Shown here piece by piece: positions 38,397-48,281 of a stretch of 64,000 nt of DNA. Source of the stretch: Prevotella sp. CAG:279. Its GTDB lineage: Bacteria; Bacillota; Clostridia; Lachnospirales; Lachnospiraceae. Location: NCBI GenBank assembly GCA_963637995.1, contig CAVHPN010000006.1, positions 18,068 through 82,067 of the forward strand, written 5' to 3'. A model generated the notes under the pieces. The model was given only the letters and a program-made list of their open reading frames with translations, was not told the DNA's origin and ran no database searches. Each line of letters starts with the position of its first letter. Position 1 is the first letter of the stretch. Made by a program: the position numbers and the translations under genes.

Positions 38397-39674
38397 ATGT
38401 TAGATCTAAAGTTCGTCAGAGAAAATCCTGACATTGTAAAACAGAATATCAAAAATAAGTTTCAGGACAGAAAACTTCCGCTTGTAGATGAAGTTATTGA
38501 ACTGGATGCCAAGAACCGTGCAGCAAAAAAAGAAGCTGATGACCTTCGTGCCAATAAAAACAAGATCGCAAAGCAGATCGGTGCTTGTATGGGACAGGGT
38601 AAAAAAGAAGAGGCTGAAGAACTCAAAAAACAGGTTGCTGAGCAATCAGCTCGACTGGCTGAGCTGGAAGAACAGGAGAAAGATCTGGGAGAGAGAATCT
38701 TAAAAATCATGATGACAATCCCGAATATTATCGATCCGAGTGTTCCGATTGGTAAAGACGACAGCGAAAATGTAGAAATCGAACGTTTTGGTGATCCGGT
38801 TGTACCTGATTTTGAGATCCCGTATCACACAGATATTATGGAGAAATTCAACGGCATAGATCTTGACAGTGCAAGAAAAGTTGCCGGAAATGGTTTTTAC
38901 TACCTGATGGGAGATATTGCAAGACTTCATTCCGCTGTTATCGCATATGCAAGAGATTTTATGATTGACCGTGGATTTACCTACTGTGTTCCGCCATTCA
39001 TGATCAGAAGCAACGTTGTAACAGGAGTTATGAGCTTTGATGAGATGGATGCCATGATGTACAAAATCGAAGGTGAAGATCTTTACCTTATCGGCACCAG
39101 CGAACATTCCATGATTGGTAAGTTCATTGACACTGTTGTTCCGGAAGAGGAGCTTCCGAAGACACTGACCAGCTATTCTCCGTGTTTCCGTAAGGAAAAA
39201 GGTGCTCATGGCATCGAGGAAAGAGGCGTATACCGCATTCATCAGTTCGAAAAGCAGGAGATGATTGTAGTATGTAAGCCTGAAGAAAGCAAGATGTGGT
39301 ATGATAAACTTTGGAAAAATACAGTAGATCTTTTCCGTTCAATGGACATTCCGGTACGTACTCTTGAGTGCTGTTCCGGTGATCTGGCAGACCTGAAAGT
39401 TAAATCTGTCGATGTAGAAGCATGGTCTCCGCGTCAGAAAAAGTATTTCGAAGTCGGAAGCTGCTCAAACTTAGGTGATGCACAGGCCAGACGTCTTAAG
39501 ATCCGTGTAAACGGAAAAGATGGTAAGTATTTTGCCCATACTCTTAACAATACAGTAGTAGCTCCGCCGCGTATGCTGATCGCATTTCTGGAGAATAATC
39601 TGCAGGCAGACGGCTCTGTTCGTATTCCGGAAGTATTACGTCCGTATATGGGTGGTAAAACAGAGATTAGATAG
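38397..39674 (+). CDS. serS: Serine-tRNA ligase
   Basis: N-terminal coiled coil, GTSE, CFRKE, RIHQFEKQE, EVGSCSN and HTLN motifs. Confidence 0.96.
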   Translation: MLDLKFVRENPDIVKQNIKNKFQDRKLPLVDEVIELDAKNRAAKKEADDLRANKNKIAKQIGACMGQGKKEEAEELKKQVAEQSARLAELEEQEKDLGERILKIMMTIPNIIDPSVPIGKDDSENVEIERFGDPVVPDFEIPYHTDIMEKFNGIDLDSARKVAGNGFYYLMGDIARLHSAVIAYARDFMIDRGFTYCVPPFMIRSNVVTGVMSFDEMDAMMYKIEGEDLYLIGTSEHSMIGKFIDTVVPEEELPKTLTSYSPCFRKEKGAHGIEERGVYRIHQFEKQEMIVVCKPEESKMWYDKLWKNTVDLFRSMDIPVRTLECCSGDLADLKVKSVDVEAWSPRQKKYFEVGSCSNLGDAQARRLKIRVNGKDGKYFAHTLNNTVVAPPRMLIAFLENNLQADGSVRIPEVLRPYMGGKTEIR

Positions 39675-39717
39675 TTCTTACAAGAAAATCAGGTAAATTA
39701 AGTAATTATAAAATTAT

Positions 39718-39757
39718 AAAAAGGAAAGCTGCCGAAAGAAAGCAGCCTTCCTTTTTT
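39718..39757. terminator. Bidirectional terminator between serS and rqcH
   Basis: AAAAAGGAAAGCTGC...GCAGCCTTCCTTTTTT. Confidence 0.8.
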
Positions 39758-39766
39758 GTACTCCTG

Positions 39767-41506
39767 TTATTGAATCTCCTCTATCTGATTCGACGGTGCA
39801 GCCATCATAGAATAATTAGTATGATAGATAACAAATCCCGGTGCTGCACCGGTTACTTTTTTTACCTGTTTTTTCTGCACATAATCAATTTCGACTTTTT
39901 CATTATCGCGTCCTTTGGAATAGTATGCGGCTAATCCGGCTGCTTCCTCAAATGTGCGGTCAGGCAGCTCCACTCCCTCTGATTTTACGATGACATGAGA
40001 GCCGGGAATACCTTTTGCGTGAAACCACCAGTCATTGCCGGATGCAAACTTAAAAGTCAGTTCCTCATTTTGATAGTTGTTCTTACCTACATATATGTGG
40101 AAACCGTCGGAGGAAATGTAATGGAACGGACGGCTGGTTATTTTTACTTTTTTTCCGACAGGTCCATGTTTTTTTATAAAACCATATTCCGTAAGTTCCT
40201 GTTTTATCTGGGTAAGATCTTCTTCTTTCAAGGCAATATCAAGGGATGTGCTTATCGATTCAAGATGTTCTATTTCCTGTTTCGTTTCTTCGATAAGCTT
40301 ACTCTGAGCCTCAAAAGTTCTTTTTAATTTGCCGTATTTATCAAAATATTTCTGAGAATTTTCACGGGCACTTAGCTGCGGATCCAAAGGTATTTTTACA
40401 TCTTTTCCTGTGTAATAATTTGTACATACAAGTTCTTTTTCACCGCCGACAAGTTCATAGCCGTATGTATTTAACAATTCACCGTATATTTTGTATTTGT
40501 CTCTTTTTTCGGTATCCTTAAGCTGCTTTTTCTGAAGATCGTATTTTTTGTAATTTCGTTCCAGGGCAGTCTGGACGATGCGGCGAAGGTCAGATGATTT
40601 TTGCCTGATACGTGAAATGACGTTTTTTGAAGCGTAATAATTTTCCAGCACTTTACTCATCGAATCAAAAAATTCTATCCGGTATTCTGACGGAAAAGAT
40701 GTGAGCGGGAGCGCCGAAAATTCTATCGGTTCGTCATCACGATATACGATACAAGGCGAGAACTGCCCGCTTTTTACAGTCTCCATGGACAATAATACCG
40801 TATGTGAAAGATGGGTGCGTTCAAGCTCGGTTAGTTCTGAAACAGGTTTATCGGCATCTATTGATGCCTCATGACAAAATTCCTCTGCCATAACCGGACT
40901 TATACCGGTAAAATTAGTATAAATAGCCTTGCCTGCCGGAACATTAAGGCCGGCAAGAACCGAAGACAAATCCTCTGCAGATACGCTCAGCGGATCTGAT
41001 TTGGTTACTGTCTGCGGCAGAAAATATTGGCGTCCCGGCAGCACCTCACGTACAGAGCTTACCTGAGCAGAAATATGTTTTATACTGTCAATAATCATGC
41101 CGTCGGGATTACAAAAGATGATATTGCTGTATTTTCCCATCAATTCAATTATAAGAATTTTTTTGCACAAATCACCCATCTCATCAAGATGCTCTATTTC
41201 GATATGAATGCATCTTTCAAGCCCTGGCTGACTTACTGATACTATGCGTCCGTTTCCGATATGTTTGCGCAGCAGCATACAAAAATTAGGTGCCGTGAGC
41301 GGACCCTGTTTATTGCTGTCGGTCAGATATGCAAGAGGAAGACTTGCATTGACCGAGAGAAGCAATCTTTTGGTCTCTCGAAAGTTTTTTATGGTAAACA
41401 GGAGTTCGTCCCGCTCGGTCTGAGTGATCTTGGAGATCTTCCCACCGGAGAGCGCATCGTTAAATTCCTTAACAAGATTTGCAATTACAATTCCGTCAAA
41501 TGCCAT
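39767..41506 (-). CDS. rqcH: NFACT-family ribosome quality-control factor (RqcH/FbpA)
   Basis: MAFDG, FCMLLRKH, ELMGKYSNII, VGKNNYQNE and WFHAKGIPGSHV motifs. Confidence 0.92.
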   Translation of the reverse strand: MAFDGIVIANLVKEFNDALSGGKISKITQTERDELLFTIKNFRETKRLLLSVNASLPLAYLTDSNKQGPLTAPNFCMLLRKHIGNGRIVSVSQPGLERCIHIEIEHLDEMGDLCKKILIIELMGKYSNIIFCNPDGMIIDSIKHISAQVSSVREVLPGRQYFLPQTVTKSDPLSVSAEDLSSVLAGLNVPAGKAIYTNFTGISPVMAEEFCHEASIDADKPVSELTELERTHLSHTVLLSMETVKSGQFSPCIVYRDDEPIEFSALPLTSFPSEYRIEFFDSMSKVLENYYASKNVISRIRQKSSDLRRIVQTALERNYKKYDLQKKQLKDTEKRDKYKIYGELLNTYGYELVGGEKELVCTNYYTGKDVKIPLDPQLSARENSQKYFDKYGKLKRTFEAQSKLIEETKQEIEHLESISTSLDIALKEEDLTQIKQELTEYGFIKKHGPVGKKVKITSRPFHYISSDGFHIYVGKNNYQNEELTFKFASGNDWWFHAKGIPGSHVIVKSEGVELPDRTFEEAAGLAAYYSKGRDNEKVEIDYVQKKQVKKVTGAAPGFVIYHTNYSMMAAPSNQIEEIQ

Positions 41507-41541
41507 GGTTTTGTTGCTCCTTTATTTGCTTAATACTCATC

Positions 41542-41570
41542 ATTATAATGAAAAAATCTGTGAAAGACAA
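41542..41570 (-). promoter_or_regulatory. Sigma-A promoter of rqcH
   Basis: Minus strand TTGTCT-N17-TATAAT. Confidence 0.7.
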
Positions 41571-41590
41571 TGCTTTTGATATTTTACATA

Positions 41591-41631
41591 TCACTGTTCA
41601 TGTGCGGCACAAGTGCCACACGAACTGCAAC
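41591..41631. repeat. Degenerate palindromic element between divergent promoters
   Basis: TCACTGTTCATGTGCGGCAC-AA-GTGCCACACGAACTGCAAC. Confidence 0.6.
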
Positions 41632-41638
41632 AATCTTG

Positions 41639-41667
41639 TTGACGCTTACGTTGATTTGCATTATAAT
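41639..41667 (+). promoter_or_regulatory. Sigma-A promoter of yicC-gmk-rpoZ
   Basis: TTGACG-N17-TATAAT. Confidence 0.8.
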
Positions 41668-41702
41668 GATTCTATCTGTGAATGAAAAAGAAAGGTGTCA
41701 CT

Positions 41703-42581
41703 ATGCTTAAAAGTATGACTGGTTTTGGCCGTTGTGAATTGGCAACGGATGAATATAAGATTTCTGTAGAGATGAAGGCGGTAAACCACCGTTATCTAGA
41801 CCTCAGCATTAAGATGCCAAAAAAATTCAATTATTTTGAAGCGGCTATTCGCGCACAGTTGAAGAAATATATTCAACGCGGAAAAGTAGATCTCTTTATT
41901 TCTTATGAAGATTATACAGAAGAAAGAATGTCGTTAAAATATAACCGTTCACTGGCCTTAGAATATATGAATTATTTTCGTCAGATGGCTGAGGAGTTTG
42001 ACATTCCAAATGATGCAACCGCACTTCGCATAGCACGCTGCCCTGAGGTGTTTACGATGGAGCAGGCACCGGAAGACGAAGAGCACATGTGGCAGATTCT
42101 TGAAAAGGCAATCGATGAAGCGGCAGAAAAATTTGTCGAGACCCGCGTGCGAGAGGGCGAAAATCTGAAACAGGACCTGATAGGGAAGCTTGATTACATG
42201 GTAACCCTTGTAGACCGGATTGAGGAACGTTCACCAAAAATTATTGAAGAATATCGCTCAAAGCTCGAAGATAAGGTTAAGGAGCTTCTGACGGGCAGTA
42301 ATATAGATGAAGGTCGAATTGCTTCGGAAGTTGTAATTTTCGCTGATAAGATTTGTACCGATGAAGAGACAGTACGCCTTAAGAGCCATATCGAAGCGAC
42401 ACGCAAGGAACTGACAGATGGTGGAAGCATAGGCAGAAAGCTTGATTTCATTGCGCAGGAGATGAACCGTGAAGCCAATACCATTCTTTCCAAGGCAAAT
42501 GATTTGGATGTCTCAAATTGTGCTATAGCACTCAAAACCGAGATAGAGAAAGTAAGAGAACAGATTCAAAATATTGAATAA
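41703..42581 (+). CDS. yicC: YicC/YloC family endoribonuclease
   Basis: SMTGFGR, VNHRYLD, GRKLDFIAQEMNREANT and REQIQNIE motifs. Confidence 0.93.
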   Translation: MLKSMTGFGRCELATDEYKISVEMKAVNHRYLDLSIKMPKKFNYFEAAIRAQLKKYIQRGKVDLFISYEDYTEERMSLKYNRSLALEYMNYFRQMAEEFDIPNDATALRIARCPEVFTMEQAPEDEEHMWQILEKAIDEAAEKFVETRVREGENLKQDLIGKLDYMVTLVDRIEERSPKIIEEYRSKLEDKVKELLTGSNIDEGRIASEVVIFADKICTDEETVRLKSHIEATRKELTDGGSIGRKLDFIAQEMNREANTILSKANDLDVSNCAIALKTEIEKVREQIQNIE

Positions 42582-42620
42582 TCAATCGTATCTATTATAG
42601 CAAAAAGGCAGGCGATATTT

Positions 42621-43241
42621 ATGGATAACCGTGGAGTCCTGGCAGTTATCTCAGGCTTTTCAGGAGCAGGCAAGGGAACACTTATGCGTGCATTACTGGA
42701 AAAATATGATAATTATGCCCTTTCAATATCAGCTACAACGCGTGCACCGCGTGATGGTGAAATTGACGGAAGAGAGTACTTCTTTAAAACAAAAGAAGAG
42801 TTCGAAGACATGATAAATCATGATGAACTTGTTGAATATGCCCAGTATGTCGGAAATTATTACGGAACTCCTAAGGATTACGTTTTTTCCAATCTGAAAG
42901 ACGGAAAGGATGTACTTTTGGAAATTGAGATACAGGGTGCACTTAAGATAAAAAAGAAATTTCCTGAAGCGGTTCTTATTTTTATAACTCCTCCGAGTGC
43001 GTCAGAGCTTAAAAATCGTCTGGCCGGACGGGGAACAGAGACACCGGAAAAGATCGCTGCACGCCTTTTAAGAGCAGCGGAAGAATCCAAACAGATGGAT
43101 GATTATGATTTCATTCTGGTAAATGATGAAGTGGACCGCTGTGTAGAAGAGATGCATGGAGTGATTCAGGCAATGCATGCAAAAACAGGCAATCACAGAG
43201 ATCTGATTGAGAAAATTAAAGAAGAGATGAAACAATTCTGA
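42621..43241 (+). CDS. gmk: Guanylate kinase
   Basis: SGFSGAGKGT, SATTRAPR and YYGT motifs. Confidence 0.96.
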   Translation: MDNRGVLAVISGFSGAGKGTLMRALLEKYDNYALSISATTRAPRDGEIDGREYFFKTKEEFEDMINHDELVEYAQYVGNYYGTPKDYVFSNLKDGKDVLLEIEIQGALKIKKKFPEAVLIFITPPSASELKNRLAGRGTETPEKIAARLLRAAEESKQMDDYDFILVNDEVDRCVEEMHGVIQAMHAKTGNHRDLIEKIKEEMKQF

Positions 43242-43303
43242 TAGAGGATAATTCTTACAAAGAAAATTCGATAGAGATAATTCTGAAAGGAGAATGATTT
43301 ATT

Positions 43304-43558
43304 ATGATGCTGCGTCCGTCATATCTTGACTTGATTAATGTTGTTAACAAAGAGGCTGAAACCGGTAAGGAGCCGCTGATTCAGAGCCGTTATTCTATAG
43401 TTATTGCCACTGCAAAGCGTGCAAGACAGCTTATTGCCGGTGATGAAGCACTGGTTATTGAGAATGGAAGAAAACCTCTTTCCATAGCTATAGATGAGTT
43501 ATACCATTCAAAGGTTAAAATTGTAGCAGAGAACGATTCTCAGGATGAGGAAGTATAA
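43304..43558 (+). CDS. rpoZ: RNA polymerase omega subunit
   Basis: SRYSIVIATAKRARQL and KPLSIA motifs; follows gmk. Confidence 0.93.
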   Translation: MMLRPSYLDLINVVNKEAETGKEPLIQSRYSIVIATAKRARQLIAGDEALVIENGRKPLSIAIDELYHSKVKIVAENDSQDEEV

Positions 43559-43569
43559 ATAGCACGACA

Positions 43570-43616
43570 GAAGGCCGTCCCGTGTTCATGTTATGTACAT
43601 GGAGATGGTCTTTTCC
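43570..43616 (+). terminator. Probable terminator after rpoZ
   Basis: AGAAGGCCGTC...GATGGTCTTTT stem with G-U pairs. Confidence 0.55.
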
Positions 43617-43643
43617 ATAATTAAAGGATTAGGAGAAAGTTGA

Positions 43644-44987
43644 ATGAAATTATTATGTATATCCCTTGGCTGCGATAAAAATCTAGTTGATGCAGAACGC
43701 ATGCTTGGTTCATTAAGTCAGGATGGATACACTTTTACCGATGATGAAACAGAAGCCGATGTAATTTTGGTAAATACCTGCTGCTTTATAAATGATGCCA
43801 AAGAGGAAAGTGTGAATACCATTCTTGAGATGGCTGATTACAAGAAAAACGGAAATTGCAAGGCACTTTTAGTAAGCGGCTGTATGGCTCAGAGATACAA
43901 AGAGGAAATACTTGAAGAAGTCCCGGAGGTAGATGGTATTCTCGGAACTACAAGCTACGATGAGATCAGTAAAGTCCTTAAAGAGGCTCTCGGTGGTCAG
44001 AGAGTAGCTGATTTCCACGATTTATCAGAGCTACCTGAAACCAAGATGAGAAGCAAACGTCTGGTTACTACCGGCGGTCATTATGCATTCTTAAAGATTT
44101 CGGAAGGCTGCAACAAGAGATGCACATATTGTATTATCCCTTCTCTCAGAGGCCCTTATCGCAGTGTTCCGATGGAACAGCTTATTGAAGAGGCAAAGGA
44201 GCTGGCTGAGCAGGGAGTAAAAGAATTGATTCTTGTTGCGCAGGAAACGACTCTATACGGTGTAGATATATATGGACAAAAATCACTGCCAAAACTCCTC
44301 CATAGTTTGGCACAGATTGACGGAATTGAATGGATTCGAATCCAGTACTGTTATCCTGAAGAAATTACCGAAGAATTGATACAGACAATAAAAACAGAAG
44401 AAAAAGTCTGTCATTACCTGGATATTCCGATTCAGCATGCCAGTGACGCAGTACTCAAACGAATGGGACGACGTACCAATCAGACAGAGCTTCGTGAAAG
44501 AATAGCACATCTGAGAGAAGAAATTCCGGATATCGCACTCCGCACAACACTGATTTCAGGTTTCCCGGGAGAGACAAAGGAAGATCACGAAGAATTAATG
44601 CAATTTGTCGATGAGATGGAATTTGACCGTCTTGGCGTTTTTGCTTATTCAGCTGAAGAAGATACACCTGCCGCTGAATATCCGGATCAGGTGCCGCAGG
44701 AGGTAAAAGAAGAACGCCGCGATGAGATCATGGAGCTTCAACAGGAAATCGCTTTCGAGAAGGCCGAATTAATGAAGGGACGTATACTGGAAGTCATGAT
44801 CGAGGGCAAGGTAGCCGATGAAAATGCCTTTGTCGGAAGAACTTATAAGGATGCTCCGAATGTAGACGGACTTATTTTCGTAAATACAGATGCACCGCTT
44901 ATGTCCGGTGATTTCTGCCGGGTTCGCGTTACCGGTGCCCTTGAATATGATTTGATAGGAGAGTTGGCTGATGAATTTACCGAATAA
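43644..44987 (+). CDS. rimO: Ribosomal protein S12 methylthiotransferase
   Basis: SLGCDKN, NTCCFI, KISEGCNKRCTYC motifs; TRAM domain. Confidence 0.95.
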   Translation: MKLLCISLGCDKNLVDAERMLGSLSQDGYTFTDDETEADVILVNTCCFINDAKEESVNTILEMADYKKNGNCKALLVSGCMAQRYKEEILEEVPEVDGILGTTSYDEISKVLKEALGGQRVADFHDLSELPETKMRSKRLVTTGGHYAFLKISEGCNKRCTYCIIPSLRGPYRSVPMEQLIEEAKELAEQGVKELILVAQETTLYGVDIYGQKSLPKLLHSLAQIDGIEWIRIQYCYPEEITEELIQTIKTEEKVCHYLDIPIQHASDAVLKRMGRRTNQTELRERIAHLREEIPDIALRTTLISGFPGETKEDHEELMQFVDEMEFDRLGVFAYSAEEDTPAAEYPDQVPQEVKEERRDEIMELQQEIAFEKAELMKGRILEVMIEGKVADENAFVGRTYKDAPNVDGLIFVNTDAPLMSGDFCRVRVTGALEYDLIGELADEFTE

Positions 44988-45513
44988 ACTGACTACGCTG
45001 CGAGTTATTATGATTCCTTTCTTTGTACTTTTCCTGCTCTGGCAGAATGGAGAAAACAAAACATTTCGTATGATAGCTCTTGCATTGTTTATCATCGCCA
45101 GCTTAACCGATCTTCTGGATGGTAAGATTGCAAGAAAATACAATCTGGTTACGAATTTCGGAAAATTTATGGACCCTCTCGCTGACAAGCTTTTGGTTTG
45201 TTCCGCACTTATCTGCCTTATTGATCTCAAGGCATTGCCGGCATGGATGGTTGTAATCATTATCAGCCGTGAATTTATCATCAGTGGATTTCGCCTGATT
45301 GCATCAGATAACGGAGTGGTCATTGCCGCCAGCTACTGGGGAAAATTCAAGACAACTTTCCAGATGATATCAGTAGTATTGTTAATACTTGATATTGAAC
45401 AATTGACCTTAATTACCGATATATGTGTATGGATCTCGCTTATACTTACAGTTGTGTCACTTGTAGATTATATTTATAAAAATCATAAAATATTGACAGA
45501 AGGGAGTATCTGA
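44971..45513 (+). CDS. pgsA: Phosphatidylglycerophosphate synthase
   Basis: MNLPNKLT and TDLLDGKIAR...FGKFMDPLADK motifs. Confidence 0.95.
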   Translation: MNLPNKLTTLRVIMIPFFVLFLLWQNGENKTFRMIALALFIIASLTDLLDGKIARKYNLVTNFGKFMDPLADKLLVCSALICLIDLKALPAWMVVIIISREFIISGFRLIASDNGVVIAASYWGKFKTTFQMISVVLLILDIEQLTLITDICVWISLILTVVSLVDYIYKNHKILTEGSI

Positions 45514-45514
45514 T

Positions 45515-46768
45515 ATGGTAGTCGAATTAGTTTCAGTAGGAACAGAATTACTGCTTGGTAATATTGTCAATACAAATGCAAAATATTTATCAGAAACATG
45601 TGCCGGTCTTGGCCTGAACGTATATTATCAGACAACGGTCGGTGACAACAGGGAGCGAATGAAAGAGGTTTTCAAAACAGCATTGTCACGAGCTGACATT
45701 GTGATAATCGGAGGCGGTTTAGGACCGACTGAAGATGATATTACGAAAGATGTCTGTGCCGAACTTATGGAGATGCCGCTGGTTGAGGACCCACAGGTCA
45801 GAGCTCATCTGGAGGACTGGTACAAACAGAGAAAACTCACTGACATTTCTGAAAGTAACTGGCGTCAGGCACTGGTTCCCGAGGGCGCTGTTGTATTTCA
45901 CAATACCAATGGCACCGCTCCGGGTTTGGCTCTTGAAAAAAACGGAAAAACCGCAATACTGCTGCCTGGTCCGCCAAACGAATTGTATCCAATGGTTGAA
46001 AAACAGGTTTGCGCTTATATACAAAAACGTTCCGATTGTGTGATACGTTCTCAGATGATAAAAATCTGCGGATATGGAGAGAGCAAAGTTGAAGAAATGC
46101 TCCTCGATCTCATCGACAATCAGACCAATCCGACCATAGCAACCTATGCAAAGACCAAGGAGGTTCATCTGCGTGTTACCGCAAGAGCCGAGGATGAAGA
46201 TTCTGCAAAGCAGCTTTTAAAGCCTGTTGTGAAAGAAATTAAAAAGCGCTTTGGCAATGCTATTTACACTATGGACGAACATGAAAATTTTGAAGATGTT
46301 GTCGTGCGCTTGTTAAAGAAATACGATCTTACAGTCACAACGGCGGAATCATGTACCGGAGGACTTATAGCAGGACGTATTGTGAATGTACCGGGGGCAT
46401 CAGAGGTTTTCAATGAAGGATATGTCACGTATTCTAACAAGGCAAAGAAAAAAATCCTTGGTGTCAGCAAGGCAACTTTGAAAAAATATGGTGCGGTCAG
46501 CGAGCAGACGGCACGTGAGATGGCATCCGGAGGTGTATTTACCACCGATGCCGATGTGTGCATAGCAGTAACAGGGCTTGCAGGACCGGACGGCGGCACA
46601 GAAGAAAAACCGGTAGGACTGGTTTACATAGCCTGCTATATGAAGGATAAGGTTAAAGTGGAAGAGTGTCATTTCCGCGGAAATCGTGAAAAAATTCGTG
46701 AACAGACCGTTATTCAGGCCTTGGATCTGCTTAGAAGATCAATTATAAAGAATTATAAAAAGGATTGA
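45515..46768 (+). CDS. cinA: Competence/damage-inducible protein A (NMN deamidase domain)
   Basis: VGTELLLG, GGLGPTEDD, PGPP and AESCTGG motifs. Confidence 0.94.
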   Translation: MVVELVSVGTELLLGNIVNTNAKYLSETCAGLGLNVYYQTTVGDNRERMKEVFKTALSRADIVIIGGGLGPTEDDITKDVCAELMEMPLVEDPQVRAHLEDWYKQRKLTDISESNWRQALVPEGAVVFHNTNGTAPGLALEKNGKTAILLPGPPNELYPMVEKQVCAYIQKRSDCVIRSQMIKICGYGESKVEEMLLDLIDNQTNPTIATYAKTKEVHLRVTARAEDEDSAKQLLKPVVKEIKKRFGNAIYTMDEHENFEDVVVRLLKKYDLTVTTAESCTGGLIAGRIVNVPGASEVFNEGYVTYSNKAKKKILGVSKATLKKYGAVSEQTAREMASGGVFTTDADVCIAVTGLAGPDGGTEEKPVGLVYIACYMKDKVKVEECHFRGNREKIREQTVIQALDLLRRSIIKNYKKD

Positions 46769-46796
46769 TAAAGAGGATTGACAAAAAGGACTGACA
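46758..46796 (+). repeat. Three tandem 13-bp repeats spanning the cinA stop
   Basis: AAAAGGATTGATA AAGAGGATTGACA AAAAGGACTGACA. Confidence 0.75.
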
Positions 46797-46858
46797 ACTA
46801 CATATAAAACTGACACGCCGCATTAAGGTGACGCCATGATTGAAAGGAGTGAAAAACG

Positions 46859-47194
46859 ATGATATGGTACAAATACCTGTATATCGGTGAAAAAGCGAAA
46901 AAACATCGTTTTTCGATCCTTCAGAAACTGAGACTTGGAAAGATTCAGCCCGAGGTTCATGTGATAACACCTGCTTCGGGCAAAAAAAATCTGCTCGATA
47001 TTCTGCCGTCTTACGTACTACGTCAGAAATATTATATAAATATGGAAAATCTGCTGATTATCGGCATCGGTGCGACATATCAGGATGCTGTAGAGACAGC
47101 CGGTAAAATTATAGAGGAAACATATAAGAAAACAGGCGGCTTTGATGTGAAAACTTATCTTTTCGAAAAGCAAGAAAGACGCATACACAAATAG
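46859..47194 (+). CDS. Hypothetical protein
   Basis: Strong RBS GAAAGGAG; fills the gap in the operon; no motif recognised. Confidence 0.75.
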   Translation: MIWYKYLYIGEKAKKHRFSILQKLRLGKIQPEVHVITPASGKKNLLDILPSYVLRQKYYINMENLLIIGIGATYQDAVETAGKIIEETYKKTGGFDVKTYLFEKQERRIHK

Positions 47195-47212
47195 CAAACG
47201 GGAGGGGATTGT

Positions 47213-48280
47213 TTGCTTCATATTTTATTTATTATATTTAAAATACTCTTGATCCTACTTCTTTCTGTTATTGGGCTTGTGGTTGCATGTCTTCTTGCCA
47301 TCCTGTTTGTTCCTGTAAGATACCGCTTAAGCGGACAGTTTGCGAGTATCAGGGAAATAAAGCTTAAATTGCATTTTCACTGGCTGTTTCATATCGTATC
47401 ACTTCGGTTTTCATATGAAGACGAGCTGAAATATAAACTCAAATTGTTTGGATTTTCTATTCTTGGCAGCGAAAATAAAGAGACTTCAGATGAAGATAAT
47501 GACGTAAATGATGATAAAAATGGCGATGAAATTGACGTTAAAAATGACGTCAAAAATGCTGAGGCTCTTATAAAAAAGGCTGATGATACATCCAGAAAAA
47601 CCGACACTGCTATTGAACGGGCAGAGGAAACTGCAGATCTTCTGGAAGAATTGGTAAAAAAGCGCCAATCATCATCGGAAAACTCAGATAAAGAAGAGAT
47701 AGAAAAACCTTTTAAAACTTCCGTTGAAACTTCAGAGAAAAAGGCTGATAACAAAAAAAATGAAAAGGGCTCAGCAAATGATTCAAAAAAAGAATCCAAC
47801 AAGAAAAGTTTTAAATCCCTTATTTCAGAAATTCCTGTTCGAATAAAAAAATTATTTAATTCAGTGAAACAGAAACTTTCAAAAATCATTCAGGGTGTGA
47901 AAAATTCAGAGCGAAAGCGTCAAGAGATTATGGCATTTCTGCAGGATGAGGATAATAAATATTCATTCCGCCTTATAAAACTTCAGTTGAAGCGACTGCT
48001 TAAGCATATATCTCCGAAAAAGATGTCGGGAAATATTGCCTTTGGCGTTGAGGATCCATATCTCATGGGACAGATTTTGAGTGCGGCAGCTTTTTTCTAT
48101 CCCTTTTACGGTGAGCAGCTGCAGCTTGTGCCAGTCATGAATACGAATGAGTTTAACGGAGATTTTTACGCACGCGGCAGGTTGCAGATTGGGATAATTT
48201 TGTTCCTTGTACTGAGAGTATGGATGAATAAGAATTTTAGAACACAGTTTTATAAATATAGAAACAGAGGAGGAAGATAA
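47213..48280 (+). CDS. DUF2953 / YtfI-like membrane protein with a charged low-complexity middle
   Basis: TTG start after GGAGGGG; N-terminal TM; C-terminal FGVEDPYLMG; upstream of a ytfJ-like gene. Confidence 0.78.
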   Translation: MLHILFIIFKILLILLLSVIGLVVACLLAILFVPVRYRLSGQFASIREIKLKLHFHWLFHIVSLRFSYEDELKYKLKLFGFSILGSENKETSDEDNDVNDDKNGDEIDVKNDVKNAEALIKKADDTSRKTDTAIERAEETADLLEELVKKRQSSSENSDKEEIEKPFKTSVETSEKKADNKKNEKGSANDSKKESNKKSFKSLISEIPVRIKKLFNSVKQKLSKIIQGVKNSERKRQEIMAFLQDEDNKYSFRLIKLQLKRLLKHISPKKMSGNIAFGVEDPYLMGQILSAAAFFYPFYGEQLQLVPVMNTNEFNGDFYARGRLQIGIILFLVLRVWMNKNFRTQFYKYRNRGGR

Positions 48281-48281
48281 T

